From Marsupella aquatica (taxonomy: Eukaryota; Plantae; Marchantiophyta), in contig OZ316892.1 of NCBI GenBank assembly GCA_973895155.1, positions 19,197,457-19,261,456 on the forward strand: 64,000 nucleotides of DNA, written 5' to 3'. Positions 12,981-24,908 of the stretch are shown here, piece by piece. How positions within the stretch are numbered: the stretch's first letter is position 1; each line of letters opens with the position of its first letter. The notes under the pieces are model-generated. The model was given only the letters and a program-made list of their open reading frames with translations, had not been told where the DNA came from and did not search any database. A program made the position numbers and the translations under genes.

Positions 12981-13512
12981 GAGACCAATGGAGACCCTGG
13001 CCCGCGTCACACAACAGAACCATTTGGGACTCTATATACTCATGTTTATAACTAATAAGGATCACATGCAAGTTATAACCATGACTAATGAACACAGAGG
13101 GACAGTTCATAAGAAGAGAGAGCACTCGACATTACAATACATAGAAACCTGATGTTCTAACTTTAGAAATATAACACATTGAATACAAGAAATGAACATA
13201 GCATGAATGACATCCACATGAAACAAAGCATCATATAAGCAGATCCTACATAAAACATTCATAAGAATTAAACACAATCACAATCTTGCTAAAAAATGAA
13301 GATCATTTGAATTCCAATGGAATAGTTTACAATGTGATCAATGTAATTTAGACAAAACAGGAACTCATAATTGATGACTGTAGGATGAGATAACTGAAAG
13401 CACATGCATGATACTATGAATCTCCAAGAGGACATGATTCTTGTACTGTTTCTTGACATCTAAAATCTACATAACATGACTCGCACTACAAACAAATAAT
13501 GGCATGACATTG

Positions 13513-16500
13513 TTATGGATCCTCTATGAACTTGCTTGGCCATAATACCAAAGAACCTGCAGCATCTCCAAGTGTCTTTTGAGGAGGATCATCATTTGTG
13601 TTTGGAATGGGAAGGACAGCTTTAGGTTTCACTAGTAATGTGACTAACACTACTGAATAACCTGGGGGAATCCTCTTGCCATGGAACGTTGTGGAACCAA
13701 CCTGCACTCTGGCAAATCCTACTCGTGTTCCACTCTCATCAACAGCTAACAAGCCACTTTGTCCCTCAGCATTAGGTGCTTTCCCCACTTCCACCTTAGA
13801 TCTTTCTGCCAGCACTGTTCTTGGAGGTTTGTATGAAACCTTTGACGTGGCTCTGCTCCCACCAGCAGACTTGCTTCGTGTGCGCATGCTTCCTCTCTTC
13901 ACAGTAGTGAAGCTAGGCTCAGTAGGTTCCTCTGTTAGGACTGTCACAGTAGCAGGTTCATCACCTGGGAGTGTCATACCAACTAACTCTTTGGTTGGAT
14001 TTATCTCAACAAGAGGCACACCTGTCATTGAGAATGATACATTCTGCAAATCATTTATCTCTGCAATGGAGTCAAGATCTACATAGCATGAATCTGGCTC
14101 AATGGTATCATTGTCATGCTTGCTGATATCCTCATTTGCCCCAACATTGATATCATCCACTCCCTTGCCAATGTCATCCTCATCCAAACATGGTTGACTG
14201 CCCTCTGTCAAACAAGTTGCTTGTACAGACTGCAACTTTGTTGCCTCTAAATTACAGCGAGTATTTGCCAGGTTCTCATACTTCTTCTCTGTAGCACCTG
14301 TCTTATTCTCTATGGACACAACAACCACAATATATGTTACTGAAAATAACACATTCAACAAACAATGTCAATTCAAACTATACATTTAATAATCATATCC
14401 CACACAGTTGTAAAGGCCTTACCTTCAAGCCTACATGTCGTTGGCATGCCAGAAGAGTGCATCGACTTTGCCACCTCAAGTGGTGATGGTGGAACTCCTG
14501 CAGAATTGGAATCAATTTTATCTCTCACCGACACAACAGCTTCCATTAATGTCTTGAAGTTCACATGGAACAAGTCAGTCAATGAATTCAAACGTTCATT
14601 GATCTCTGGAAGACATGTTTCGACAGCCTTCAAACGACCACTTATCTCTGTAAGTGAAGATCCACCTCCCTACATGACACAGGGGTATAGGTTCAATCAC
14701 TCCATATGAAATGTTGGGCAATATATGCACAATCAATGTTATATACAGTGTACACCTGAAATTCAACGCAGGTCATTCAATTACCAATCAGAACTCATAT
14801 AACTTACATGCTTGGAGGATTCAGATGCACCCTCTTGAGCCCGGGTGTTCACAATTTCAGCCCTCAACTCTTCTTTTGAAGGGCTTTGCCCCAATTGGGC
14901 TTTCTGCACATGCATGGCAAACACAAGTTATCGATCAATATTCAGGGAACGTACACTAAAAAACAAAGTTTACATGTAGGGACAGTACACTAAAAAATAG
15001 TACATAGTGTAGCATAAATTACATAGCTAGGCCATTCATTCTTACCAAACGTTTAGCTGTCGGTGCAGTGCCGGTCCTTCCTGTCAGATTAGGGTTCTGA
15101 ACACTCAACCTGGCCTCGGTCATCTGTGAACTCTTCTTTTTTGAAGCATCTGTTACAAAATAAGCTACTAACCTTGCCCACACTTTATCATCACAACTGG
15201 CTGGTGGAGGCATATCTGGCTTCTCCCCACCTTCCTTCCAAGCCTTATGCATTCTCCACCTCTCTTGCTTGATAATTTTACCTGCTGTACTCTCTAGGCA
15301 ACCTATGTCCACGCCATCATCACTGCCCACATAATTCCATTTGGCAGCAACATTTTCACATACAGTCTTCCAATCTTTTGGATGCTGTTTTTTAAAATTA
15401 ATAACACTCACATCTAACCAACGCAATACTTCAGCTTTCAAATCAGCATGCCATCGGTTCTTGCGAGGACACTCAGCATCCACCCATTGTCTCTCATTCA
15501 ACTTTACGTTCCCTTTCTTTGTCACCTCCCCTCGTGCACTGCTCTCGGTAGTACTGGGCGTTGTATTGGCCACCCCTTCATTCACCCTACCTGGGGTTCT
15601 GAAGCCACCTGGGAAAATACAATGCCATTCATGCTTGAGAACTACATATAGCAGAATGGATGACGGCAACATTCAATGCTTCACTTCAAGAAAAATTCTT
15701 CAAACATACATACCTGTAGCTCTGCCTGTAGATGCCTGTGCAGGGACTGCACTCTGAAATTGTTGCGACCCTGGACCACCTGTCCAGCCTAGTACAGGGG
15801 CCGGATGATGTCACTTTCTAGGTATGTGTGTGCAAACATATGTACTGAAAACTAAGTACAAACTGTAGGAAAACAACTGAACATTCACCGACATACCTGT
15901 CCCCCTTCCGTGCTGCATCTGCATAGGGGCATTAGTGAATACTTGAGTCGATGGTTCGACTGTCCAACCTGCACACATACATTTTCTATCATTATACATG
16001 TGCAGAGTCCCCCCCACGTGAATGGACTCCACATATAATGAGTTCTTCCATTGCTGACAAGATCAGACATTACCTGCTCCTCTTCCAGCGTTTGTAGGTA
16101 CTGAATTTTGATATCCCTGCCAATTACCTTCACCACCTTCCCAACCTTGTTCATTCCACGACCCACCACCATCCTCCCAACCTGGTTCAACCCATGTCTG
16201 TCCTTGTGGACATTGCAACTGATCATTACTAGCATTTGCCCAATCAGGTTGGGCAGAATCTGCATGCAATGGCAGGTGGACAGAATTTCATGTTGTCTGA
16301 ATCCAATACATCCCAAACAATGTCAAAAATTGATATGCAGTCTGAAATTCAGGAGTGCCATGCCTTCACAAAGAACTGGCATATAGATATATACTCACAT
16401 CCCCACGGTTGAGGTGGACGTCCATACCCACGAGATTGTGGGTTTGGACCTGCTCTGCCTCTACCACGGGCATAACCTAGAGCTTGCCCCCTGCCATAGT

Positions 16501-17220
16501 ATTGGGCACCAGCCTGGGATCTACCACTACTACCACCTCGCCAACCTTGATCAGAGGTCAGCCCCCCCTGCTGGTATGGTGCATGCACAGGCTTCGAAGG
16601 CAAAACAGAACTGGCAGGACGCTGCATCACATCACCAACTACAATGTCAGGAACTAAGCAAGGTACATATGTGTAGTACTGAACATATGAAACCTCTAAA
16701 CAAGAGTTTTTAACTCAAAACCTTGTTGGGAAAACTACTTACATGTTTCTTTTGGGGCTGCTCTGCAATGTATTCATCTTCATAACCCCCATCCTCATCC
16801 ATTTCCTCTGGAAAATACTCATCATCTGCATCTTCTTGTCTAGTGTCTGCACCCACCTGTGCAGCATCAATGTCATCTCCACATTCTGCCATTGTAGGTA
16901 CGACCTTCTTGCTCAACCTGTCACTCCGACGCACAGGCCCAGAGATAGTGCTGGTCACCCTTCTTGCGTACTCCTTTTGTTTCTTTGAAAATGCTGTGGC
17001 TCTGCGACATTCCAATATGAGAATACAGTCACAATTTCAGTGCCACATTGAACTATTCATGTCACACAAACTCAGCGGAGGGGTGTAGTTGAGAATCGTT
17101 CCCTTACAATTCAGCCACATCCTTTTCCAGATCCAGTTCTGCGATTTTGGCTTTCACGTATGCTCGTTGTTCCATAGCTTTCCTTTCATACTCACACATC
17201 TCTGTGTCACTCTGTTCCAT
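13513..17220 (-). CDS. CACTA TnpA/ORF2-like multi-exon gene (exon boundaries approximate)
   Basis: Starts MEQSDTEMCEYERKAMEQRAYVKAKIAELDL. Several GT-AG flanked short exons. PTTA/Transposase_24-like core at 15019-15672 (PPASCDDKVWARLVAYF...KKKSSQMTEARLSVQNPNLTGRTG). C-terminal Tnp1-like motif FHGKRIPPGYSVVLV...LPIP...TLGDAAGSLVLWP at 13513-13720. Confidence 0.78.
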
Positions 17221-17376
17221 CCTACTGGACCACAAAAACATGTCATCTATGGTCACCCCGTATAACACAATGCAACCACAATCACCAGGCATCCATCCAT
17301 ACATCTGTGTTGCTTCAGAATTACTTTATTACACATCCTTCCCCTCACTAATGTCTATGCAAACAATTCACATTAC

Positions 17377-20300
17377 TCATGGCACAGGCACACTGTTGGC
17401 ATCTGCATCTCTGAATTCGCCTCCTTCAGCAAATGCATCTACCCTTGTCACAGGAATGAAGTCCCCGCTATCATGAACTACAGGCACTTGGTCTGAACGC
17501 CGACGATCAAAGGCACTATGAGAGTGTAAATGAAACTCAAGGTTTGATCCTTCCATCCGGCGTTGCCTGGCCTGTTTATGACACACTACACGCCAACCTG
17601 GGGAGTCTTCCACATCCAGGAAGAAAGCTTGCTCCACCTGACTAGGAAACACAAATGGCTCAGACCATTCGGGCAATTTCCCTCTGAAATTGGCCAGCAA
17701 GAAACCATCGTTGTCTCTCTTCATGGTAGCCCTGTTACCAAGCCAATCCTGCCGCACCCATGAACCTTTCATAAGAATCACAGGACTGGACACCGCCCCA
17801 TAGTCCAGAGCCCATATGTCAACTAATTCTCCCACATATCCCATCTCCATCCAGGCCCTGTCGTGATTGTGGCTCTGTTGCTCAAATACAGTGATGAGCC
17901 CGCAGTCATTCGTCACCCTGTAGGCACTGTCACCATCCTTCACTCGGAAGTGATTCCCATATGCTCTCATCCGTTTGTAAGTCTTCACTTTCAGGCTAGG
18001 GGCATTAGACAGTAGGTAAACATCTGCATCCATGTCTGGGTGGGTCTCGTGATGCTCTCTAATTGCCACTCTGATCCACTCCATGAAACCTGGAAAAGTT
18101 GTTCCTGCAGTGGGATGGGCCGCCTTCAATGACTCATACTCCCTGAACGAACAACCACACAGCATTAGCTTGGGTAAACATGAACAGGCTGAAGGAGAAA
18201 ACCACACGAACACAACATTTAAGCTCATGAACTGGATTATAGCACATGTATGCACTCACTGTATCCAGGGTTCCATCACCACAGTGTTGTGCAATACAAA
18301 GTCATGTGCCAAGTCTCTCATAGATATGGTCAGGTTCTTTGTGGTTGCAGCCCCTTCCAGTACTTCACCTACCACCCCTTCCTCCTCATCAGAATTCCAC
18401 ACCCTGGTCTTCACATGCTCATATTGTGCTATGTATTCGGTCAGAAATCCCAGAGTCTCATCCTTGATGTAACCTTTAGCCATGCTTGCTTCAGGTTTGT
18501 AATATGTTCTCACGTGACCTTTGAGTAGCTTCATGTACCGTTCCAAAGGGTACAACCAACGAGCACTCATAGGCCCAAATTGGTGTAGCTCTTCCACAAC
18601 ATGGACAAGTAGGTGGGTCATGACATCAAAAAATGCGGGAGGAAAATAAATCTCCAGGTCACACAGCACCTGAGCGACATCTTCTATCAGTTGTGGGAAG
18701 TGTGTTTCATCCCAAACCTTCACACAAATACGACGAAACACATCACTGAGTCGCATGATCACAGTACGAACAGGCTTCTGCAACAGGCCCCTCAAGCATA
18801 AAGGCAACACCTGTTGCATCAACATATGGTAGTCATGGCTTTTCATACTACCAAGCTTTCTAGTCATGATATGCTTCTTGAAAGCACTGCCATAGTTTGA
18901 AGGAACCTTCAAAGAACTCAACCTCTGCACAAATAGTTCCCACTCTGTGTCTGTCAGAACATAGGGCGCTTGGTACTTCAAGAGCACATCAGCTCTGTGG
19001 GCATGTGGCCTCAACCAAAGATGGGGTTTCATTCCCCTCTGTTCAAGATCCAATCTCACTGAACCAGTGTCTTTCTCTCCACACAAGAATCTGAGTAGAC
19101 TCTCACAAATATTCTTTTCAATGTGCATAACATCAATGTTATGTTTGCTTGGCTCAAACTCCTGCATCGTTGCAATGCAAAAGCGTCAGGAAATGCCTCA
19201 AGTTTAGTCTCTCTCTTCGAAATGAATGCACATGCTCTGAACCAAAACATGTATCCCAATTAGCATCAACTCCAAGAGGCTTACCCTCCAGTACTTGAGC
19301 TCCAAGTCCAATATGCTCAGTCTTTTTACACCATATCGCTTTATTGGATCACTCACTCCATCTTCCCTGCCCCCTCGTTTGATATAGTCATCCCTCAGTG
19401 CTCCCCACTGCCTGATCTCCTCTTTGGTCACTCGTGCCGGGGGTCCACGTTGCTCAATCTCATTGCCAAAGTGTGCAATCAGTGCCTGTCTTTCTCTGTA
19501 AGGGTGATCTGTCTTCAGAAAACGACGATGGCCCATGTATATCACTTTCTGCAGGGCTCTGGAGTACTCACTGGTGACATTGCGCCCACAGATAGTACAA
19601 GCACAATATCCTTTTGTTGTTTGGCCTGATATCATCCCATGGGCTGGGTAGTCAGCTATAGTCAGAATGACAATGGCTCTAAGGATGAATGGGTTTAACC
19701 TCCCAAGCCTCTGTAGGACATCATATGTGAGAACTCCTTCCTCCCAAAGCTTTCTCAATTCCTCCACTAGGGGAGCCAGAAACACATCTATGTTGGCAGA
19801 TACAGCACTGTCTGGCCCTGGTATCAGTAGGACCATCAGAACAAAAAATCGCTTTGTAGTCATCCAAGGAGGAAGGTTATAATTCAAAATAGTTACAGGC
19901 CAGCATGAAAATTTGTTGTTCTTGTCTCCAAATGGGTTTACCCCATCCAATGACAGCCCAAGTCTGACATTCCTCGGCTCAGCAGCAAATTCGGGATACA
20001 TCTCATCTATGAGTTTCCATTGCCTTGAATCTGCAGCATGTCGTTGTAGCCCATCATCACTTTTCTTGTCAGTTGCCCAAGTCATCATCTCCGAGATGGC
20101 ACGGCTTCTGAACATCCGCTGAAGTCTGGGAATGAGTGGAAAATGACGAAGTACCTTGGCGGGAACCATAGACTTTCCTGAGTTCCGATACCTGTGCTTC
20201 CCACACTTAGGGCATGTCAACGATTCTTTATACTCCTTTCTGAAAAGAACATGCCCATCAGGACAGGCATGGATCGAATCATAGTTCAATCCAAGATTAG

Positions 20301-21108
20301 ATATGCATCTTTTTGCCTCGTACATGTTCTTGGGCAAAATATTACCATCTGGTAGCACAGTTGTTCGCAAGAATGCCAACAACTCAGAAACCAAAACGTT
20401 GGGGACATTGTGGTTGCCGCAAATGTTCAGGAACATGATGACAAATCCCAGTTTAGAACATTTGCTACCGGGGTACAAAGACTTCCTGCCTTCCTGTATT
20501 TGCAGGGGAGAGCCAAACATCCCATCATGCCCAGGGGTTTCCTGCCCTATCTCAAACTCATCAAGAGGCTCTTCGACAGGGGGCACACTTGCATCTGCAG
20601 CCGTATCCTCTTCATTGTCCAGCCCATCATGAAATGCATCCAAGTCTTGGAAGATGTCTCTCACCATCTCTTCCACATGAATTCCTTCGTCACGTGGTGC
20701 TGCCTGAGCACCATCCCGTTGGAGAGCTGACAACCCACAGAGACCAGCTACAACATTTTCAAATGCACCAGGCAGAACCTCACTTGCCCGTCTTGCAGCA
20801 TTGGCAGCATCAAATTCTAACCTCCACTCCTCGTCGGAAGAATCTTCCTCTGCAGGATCATTCCAAACTCGATGTCGTGGATCTCTTCCATGAACCGCGA
20901 TATGCCGCCAAACCTCATTCAGACCCCTGGTACGGGATCCTTGGCAGATTGCACAAGGACATCTCATCCTACTGGCTCCTGAAAGTCTGGTTCGTAACCT
21001 TTCACGCTGCCAAAGCTTATTATCATGGCGTGATATCCTTGTGGGATGATGCAAAGGCAGTGCCTGTGCCCTGGGCTGGGTCTGGGGAGGGTGGTGACCA
21101 GGGTGCAT
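17377..21108 (-). CDS. CACTA TNP2/TnpD transposase, 3 exons (21108-19285, 19161-18260, 18142-17377), about 1163 aa
   Basis: N-terminal CPCAIC; IHACPDGHVLF...CPKCGKHRY; LRHFPLIPRLQRMF; RNVRLGLSLDGVNPF; ADYPAHG; YMGHRRFL; DVMHIEKN; MKSHDYH; FPPAFFDVMTHLLVH; RWLYPLERYM (DUF4218); EPFVFPSQVEQAFF (DUF4216). GT-AG introns join in frame with no stop. Confidence 0.93.
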
Positions 21109-21541
21109 TGTAACAGGCTGGGAGCTCTGCAGTCATGGACAGCAGTGAACAAGGATGCCTAATGGTGGTATTTGTGTTCCATATATCCCTGACTGTATCT
21201 GCCAAAAGAGTTAACATAACGTGTACTAAATTCTCACAAACCCTAAACCACCCCAAAAGAAAAAAACAGGTTCGCAAGTAGTGTACCTATTGTCAAGTGA
21301 ATGACACAAAATTTCTAAATGTTGGAGGGTGTCACCACCTCCTCCGCTGTCCTCAAATGTACCGCCTCTGCATGTACGTTTACAGTGACACCCCCAGGCA
21401 GCAGGAAACAACAATCCGCCAACAGTAAAATAAGCCCAACTGCCACCAACCATAACAAGGTACATTAGTTCAAAGATCACATTTATTTCAATGATCTGAT
21501 TTATACAAAAAAACTTGTGTCCAAACTGATGCTACTACTCC

Positions 21542-22420
21542 TCACTCTGATTCAGAATCGCTAATGACCCATTCCTCACTTGTTGTCTCATAGTCCTCTC
21601 TGTAAGGATCCTGACCCTTCCGTGGCCAGGCCTCAAAAAGATCATAGTCCATTGGGTTTTGACGCTTCCCAGCTGCTACTGATTCCACAAGCCAAGCATA
21701 TGAAACCACAAACACATTATGGGACATGACATAAAAGCGAATGTCTCCCTTCCCAAACTTGCGGCAGGCTTTGGGATATGACTTAGTAATGACATGAGTG
21801 GTGTCCTCTGTTATATTCTCCTCCACTGTCCCACCTAGGTCAAGCACTGTGGACTTGTACACTTTGCACTTAACCTCTCCAATTCCCGCCTCCACAAATA
21901 CCATGCTCAGCCCTTTCAGAATGGGGGTTGGTTGCTTCGTCTCCTCAGCCAACATACTCTTCAGCCTTGTAGAGCTCTGTCCTTTGTTGAGTACAGGTCC
22001 ATATTAGAGATCAGCAAGCCGTGCCTTTGCTTCCCAGACTTCTTGTTCAGCCCAAGCTGATGCAGTAGCTTCTTCATCCTCCCACAACTCATATTGCTCA
22101 GTATCCTGTACAATCTTATGTGCTATGGAATCTGTGATCCAAGAGGCCTCAACTACTTTTAGGCCTTGCTTAGTAATTGCAGAATTCATGTAGGACCATG
22201 ACCACTTCTTTATCACTGATAGCCATGTCCCTGCAACAACATGTGTAGTCTCTGGAGTGATGTCCTGAACTACAGTGCCATGGAGCTCAGAGAATCGTTT
22301 CTGTACAGTTGGCCAATGCACTTTGGTCAACCCATGCTGGCCATGGACCAAAATCGCTCTGACCCCTGTAAACACTGCTGGGTGGTCACACTTTCTACGT
22401 TTACCAGGCTCCATGTACAC
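21542..22420 (-). pseudogene. Tandem BRCT-domain ORF (DNA polymerase lambda-type BRCT x2) with a single in-frame TAA
   Basis: ORFs 22004-22420 and 21542-21955 are in the same frame, separated only by TAA at 22004-22006. Each has BRCT hallmarks (F/L-x-G-V/L, GG/HG-TV, TTHVV/TTHVI, W-I/L-x-D/E-S, Y-x-L). Confidence 0.85.
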
Positions 22421-23007
22421 ACACCCTACGTGATGACAGTGAATTTTGGAAGAATGGGTTCACCTGACAATACAAGGACAACAAAATTCCTGCTTTTTGA
22501 GTTGATCTGGCCCACTGGTGCTCAGGTCCGATTTTGATAGGTACAAGGGATATGTCACACAATACGTACTAGGCACCTGCACGGATGCAGGACATTGTTT
22601 GAATATATACTACAAAATCCATATCCGTGGTGAAATGAAGTGCAACCAACTTGTCATGGCACATACATATTTTGTTGTAAAGGAGGATACATTCAATGAC
22701 AAACTTATAGGGCAATTTGATTAATTGCATGCCTGATAATTTATACGCTTACAACTTAGAAGTCCTGTTTTAATTTAGCAGTGTGATGAAAGTGTTTATG
22801 AAAATGACCACTCAGCCTAAATACTTCCAAGAAGGCTTGTAAGGATAAGTTTGTATAGGCATGTACCCAGCCACTGACGCCAGAGCACAAGATAAGTGCT
22901 GCCTATATAAACTCGCCTACCCAACTCCTTTTCAAAATTGGAATCTCTGCAATCTCAAAAAATAGTACATCCACATCAGGTGCACTGTGCATGTACAATG
23001 TTCAGCT

Positions 23008-23688
23008 TCACAGCCAAGATATGTGATCTCTCACAGGAGTGCGCGAGGTAGGATCAATGGCATGGCGATGACAATAAAATATCCATCGATCAACACCATG
23101 TGCAGAGTGATCATAGATTTCTCTGTCACAAGCATAACCCTCTGCTTGATGATCTTTCAGGCAATGATAGTGCCACATAGTGGGACACCTAGCACAGTGG
23201 ACTATGTCAGTCCAGTAGTCATCATCATGCTCACCACATGCCTTGCACCTATGAAGTGGGCAAGCTGTGGCATGAGCAGGCAAACACTCAAAACAGAAAA
23301 ATCTCACACAAAAACGGTCTGGACATTTCCTAACATTTGCTGCAGCATCAACAGAGCCCTCATAGGACCCCAACTTCCCACACTGTGCACACTTAGCCTG
23401 CTTCTCCAAACAATCAGTGCACATCCAGTCTCCCTGGTGTGTTGACGGGAGGCCCACCCCTGGACAGTTGTTTTCTGCAGCAAGGTCAGACTCCGGGTTG
23501 AGGTGGAAATGCCTCATGCAAGGGCCCTCACAAATGACCAGGCCCCCACCATCGTCACAAATGGCACAACAATGAGCTGCCTTCTGGAAAATCTGACTTG
23601 CAGAGAAGTTAGTAGCATCTGCCCCAAGTACACCTGTGTTTCTCACCTCTGTCACACGCTTTTTGGCTTGAATTTTAGGCCGTGCCAT
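23008..23688 (-). CDS. EDM2-type composite PHD finger protein (stand-alone), 226 aa
   Basis: CAICDDGGGLVICEGPCMRHFH...WMCTDC...CAQCGKLGS...CPLHRCKAC...CARCPTMWHYHCL...IFYCHRHAIDPTSRTPVRDH. Order and tail match the PHD region of plant EDM2 as I recall it (CAICDNGGEILCCEGSCLRSFH...CPLHKC...CRRCPKSYHRKCL...IYCQEHEIDEELLTPVRDH). Intact ORF with a basic N-terminus. Confidence 0.88.
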   Translation of the reverse strand: MARPKIQAKKRVTEVRNTGVLGADATNFSASQIFQKAAHCCAICDDGGGLVICEGPCMRHFHLNPESDLAAENNCPGVGLPSTHQGDWMCTDCLEKQAKCAQCGKLGSYEGSVDAAANVRKCPDRFCVRFFCFECLPAHATACPLHRCKACGEHDDDYWTDIVHCARCPTMWHYHCLKDHQAEGYACDREIYDHSAHGVDRWIFYCHRHAIDPTSRTPVRDHISWL

Positions 23689-23699
23689 GCCTGCGCATG

Positions 23700-23843
23700 A
23701 GATAGACTCTACAATTTAGCAGACTGCACAGAAAGTAATATATATTTAGCATTTAAGGTACAAAGGCATTTAGATAGACTCTACAATTTAGCAGACTGCA
23801 CAGAAAGTAAAATATATTTAGCATTTAAGGTACAAAGGCATTT
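23700..23843. repeat. 72-bp tandem duplication just upstream of the PHD ORF
   Basis: AGATAGACTCTACAATTTAGC...GGCATTT at 23700-23771 and 23772-23843, one mismatch. Confidence 0.95.
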
Positions 23844-24458
23844 GCTACTGCAATGAATTGGAATGGCCACACAAGGATGCAGAGCACACATACTTTTGGT
23901 ATGTTGAGCCCACACACAAAACTGATCCCCTAATACAATTTCTCCACCAACACCTCAATTTTAATTGTGGCTATGATTCACCAAAGGAGATCTGCAACAA
24001 CATTTCATGCATTTGAATCACATACAATAGTCGTGACATGTAAAACAGGCATTCTTCGAAGAGGATTGGTATGAAGCAGTGTCATAAGGGTTGAAATTTA
24101 TACATCCTAAATAGGTTATGATAGTGGCTGAGACAAATAAGTGAGGCATAAATCATTTTGCATATTATCACATGGCCCATTAATTCATTCAACGTTGCAA
24201 TGTTCACCAGGTTAAAGCAGTCATGAAAGCAGTCTTTCAATAGAGACTTTTATGCGAGTTTGCTAGCCTCTTAAATTAGGATATTTTGCTTAGTGCAGGC
24301 ATAATAGGATATAAGTTATATACTGTTGACCCTAAACCCTGGACCCAAAATTGCTCATACATCAAAATTTTAAGTAAATATCCTCTGTGTTGAAGTCAGA
24401 GTGTTAAGCTATAGGTCAATGGTATCTGGTCTGTGCATGCGGTGTGACAAGTGGTCCT

Positions 24459-24908
24459 CTAGAGCATGTGATCCAAACATGTGTAGACACCAAAGTCACC
24501 GGTGGTGGGGTCTGGGAGGGCAGGACAAGTGACATCACCAGGCACACTGCAGGATGGCGAGTGGTTCCAAATGATACATTGTGCTCTATGCAAAAATCGG
24601 CATCCAAGAGAACGGTCATCCAATTCTGGGCCAGAAGCCCTACAGGCAGGACAGTCATATTGGCAACTGTGTACACACCCTTGGCACCTAATTTGTGGCG
24701 GGTCATGTACAAGAGACACAAATACCAAGGATGTCGGGAAGGGTACTGAAGCAAGTAGAGGCCGGCTGTAGTTGTTCCTGGAAACAACAGGGTACTCAAA
24801 GTACCATGCAGACTGGGCTGGAAGGATCCCAAGTCTGACATACTCAAGGCGCAACATCTCTGCCTTGCGTGCAAGTCGCACATGTTCAGCGTTGCGGGTC
24901 CTCACCAT
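24459..24908 (-). CDS. Hypothetical Cys/His-rich (putative Zn-binding) CACTA accessory protein, 149 aa
   Basis: ATG-initiated and co-oriented with the other cargo ORFs; contains CQGCVHSCQYDCPAC...CRFLHRAQC...TCLDH. No family recognised. Confidence 0.45.
   Translation of the reverse strand: MVRTRNAEHVRLARKAEMLRLEYVRLGILPAQSAWYFEYPVVSRNNYSRPLLASVPFPTSLVFVSLVHDPPQIRCQGCVHSCQYDCPACRASGPELDDRSLGCRFLHRAQCIIWNHSPSCSVPGDVTCPALPDPTTGDFGVYTCLDHML

Noticed and set aside
13676-20730. Plus-strand ORFs within the CACTA (e.g. 13676-14086, 15341-15757, 20303-20632)
   Set aside because: Antisense shadows of the minus-strand TnpA and TNP2 exons.
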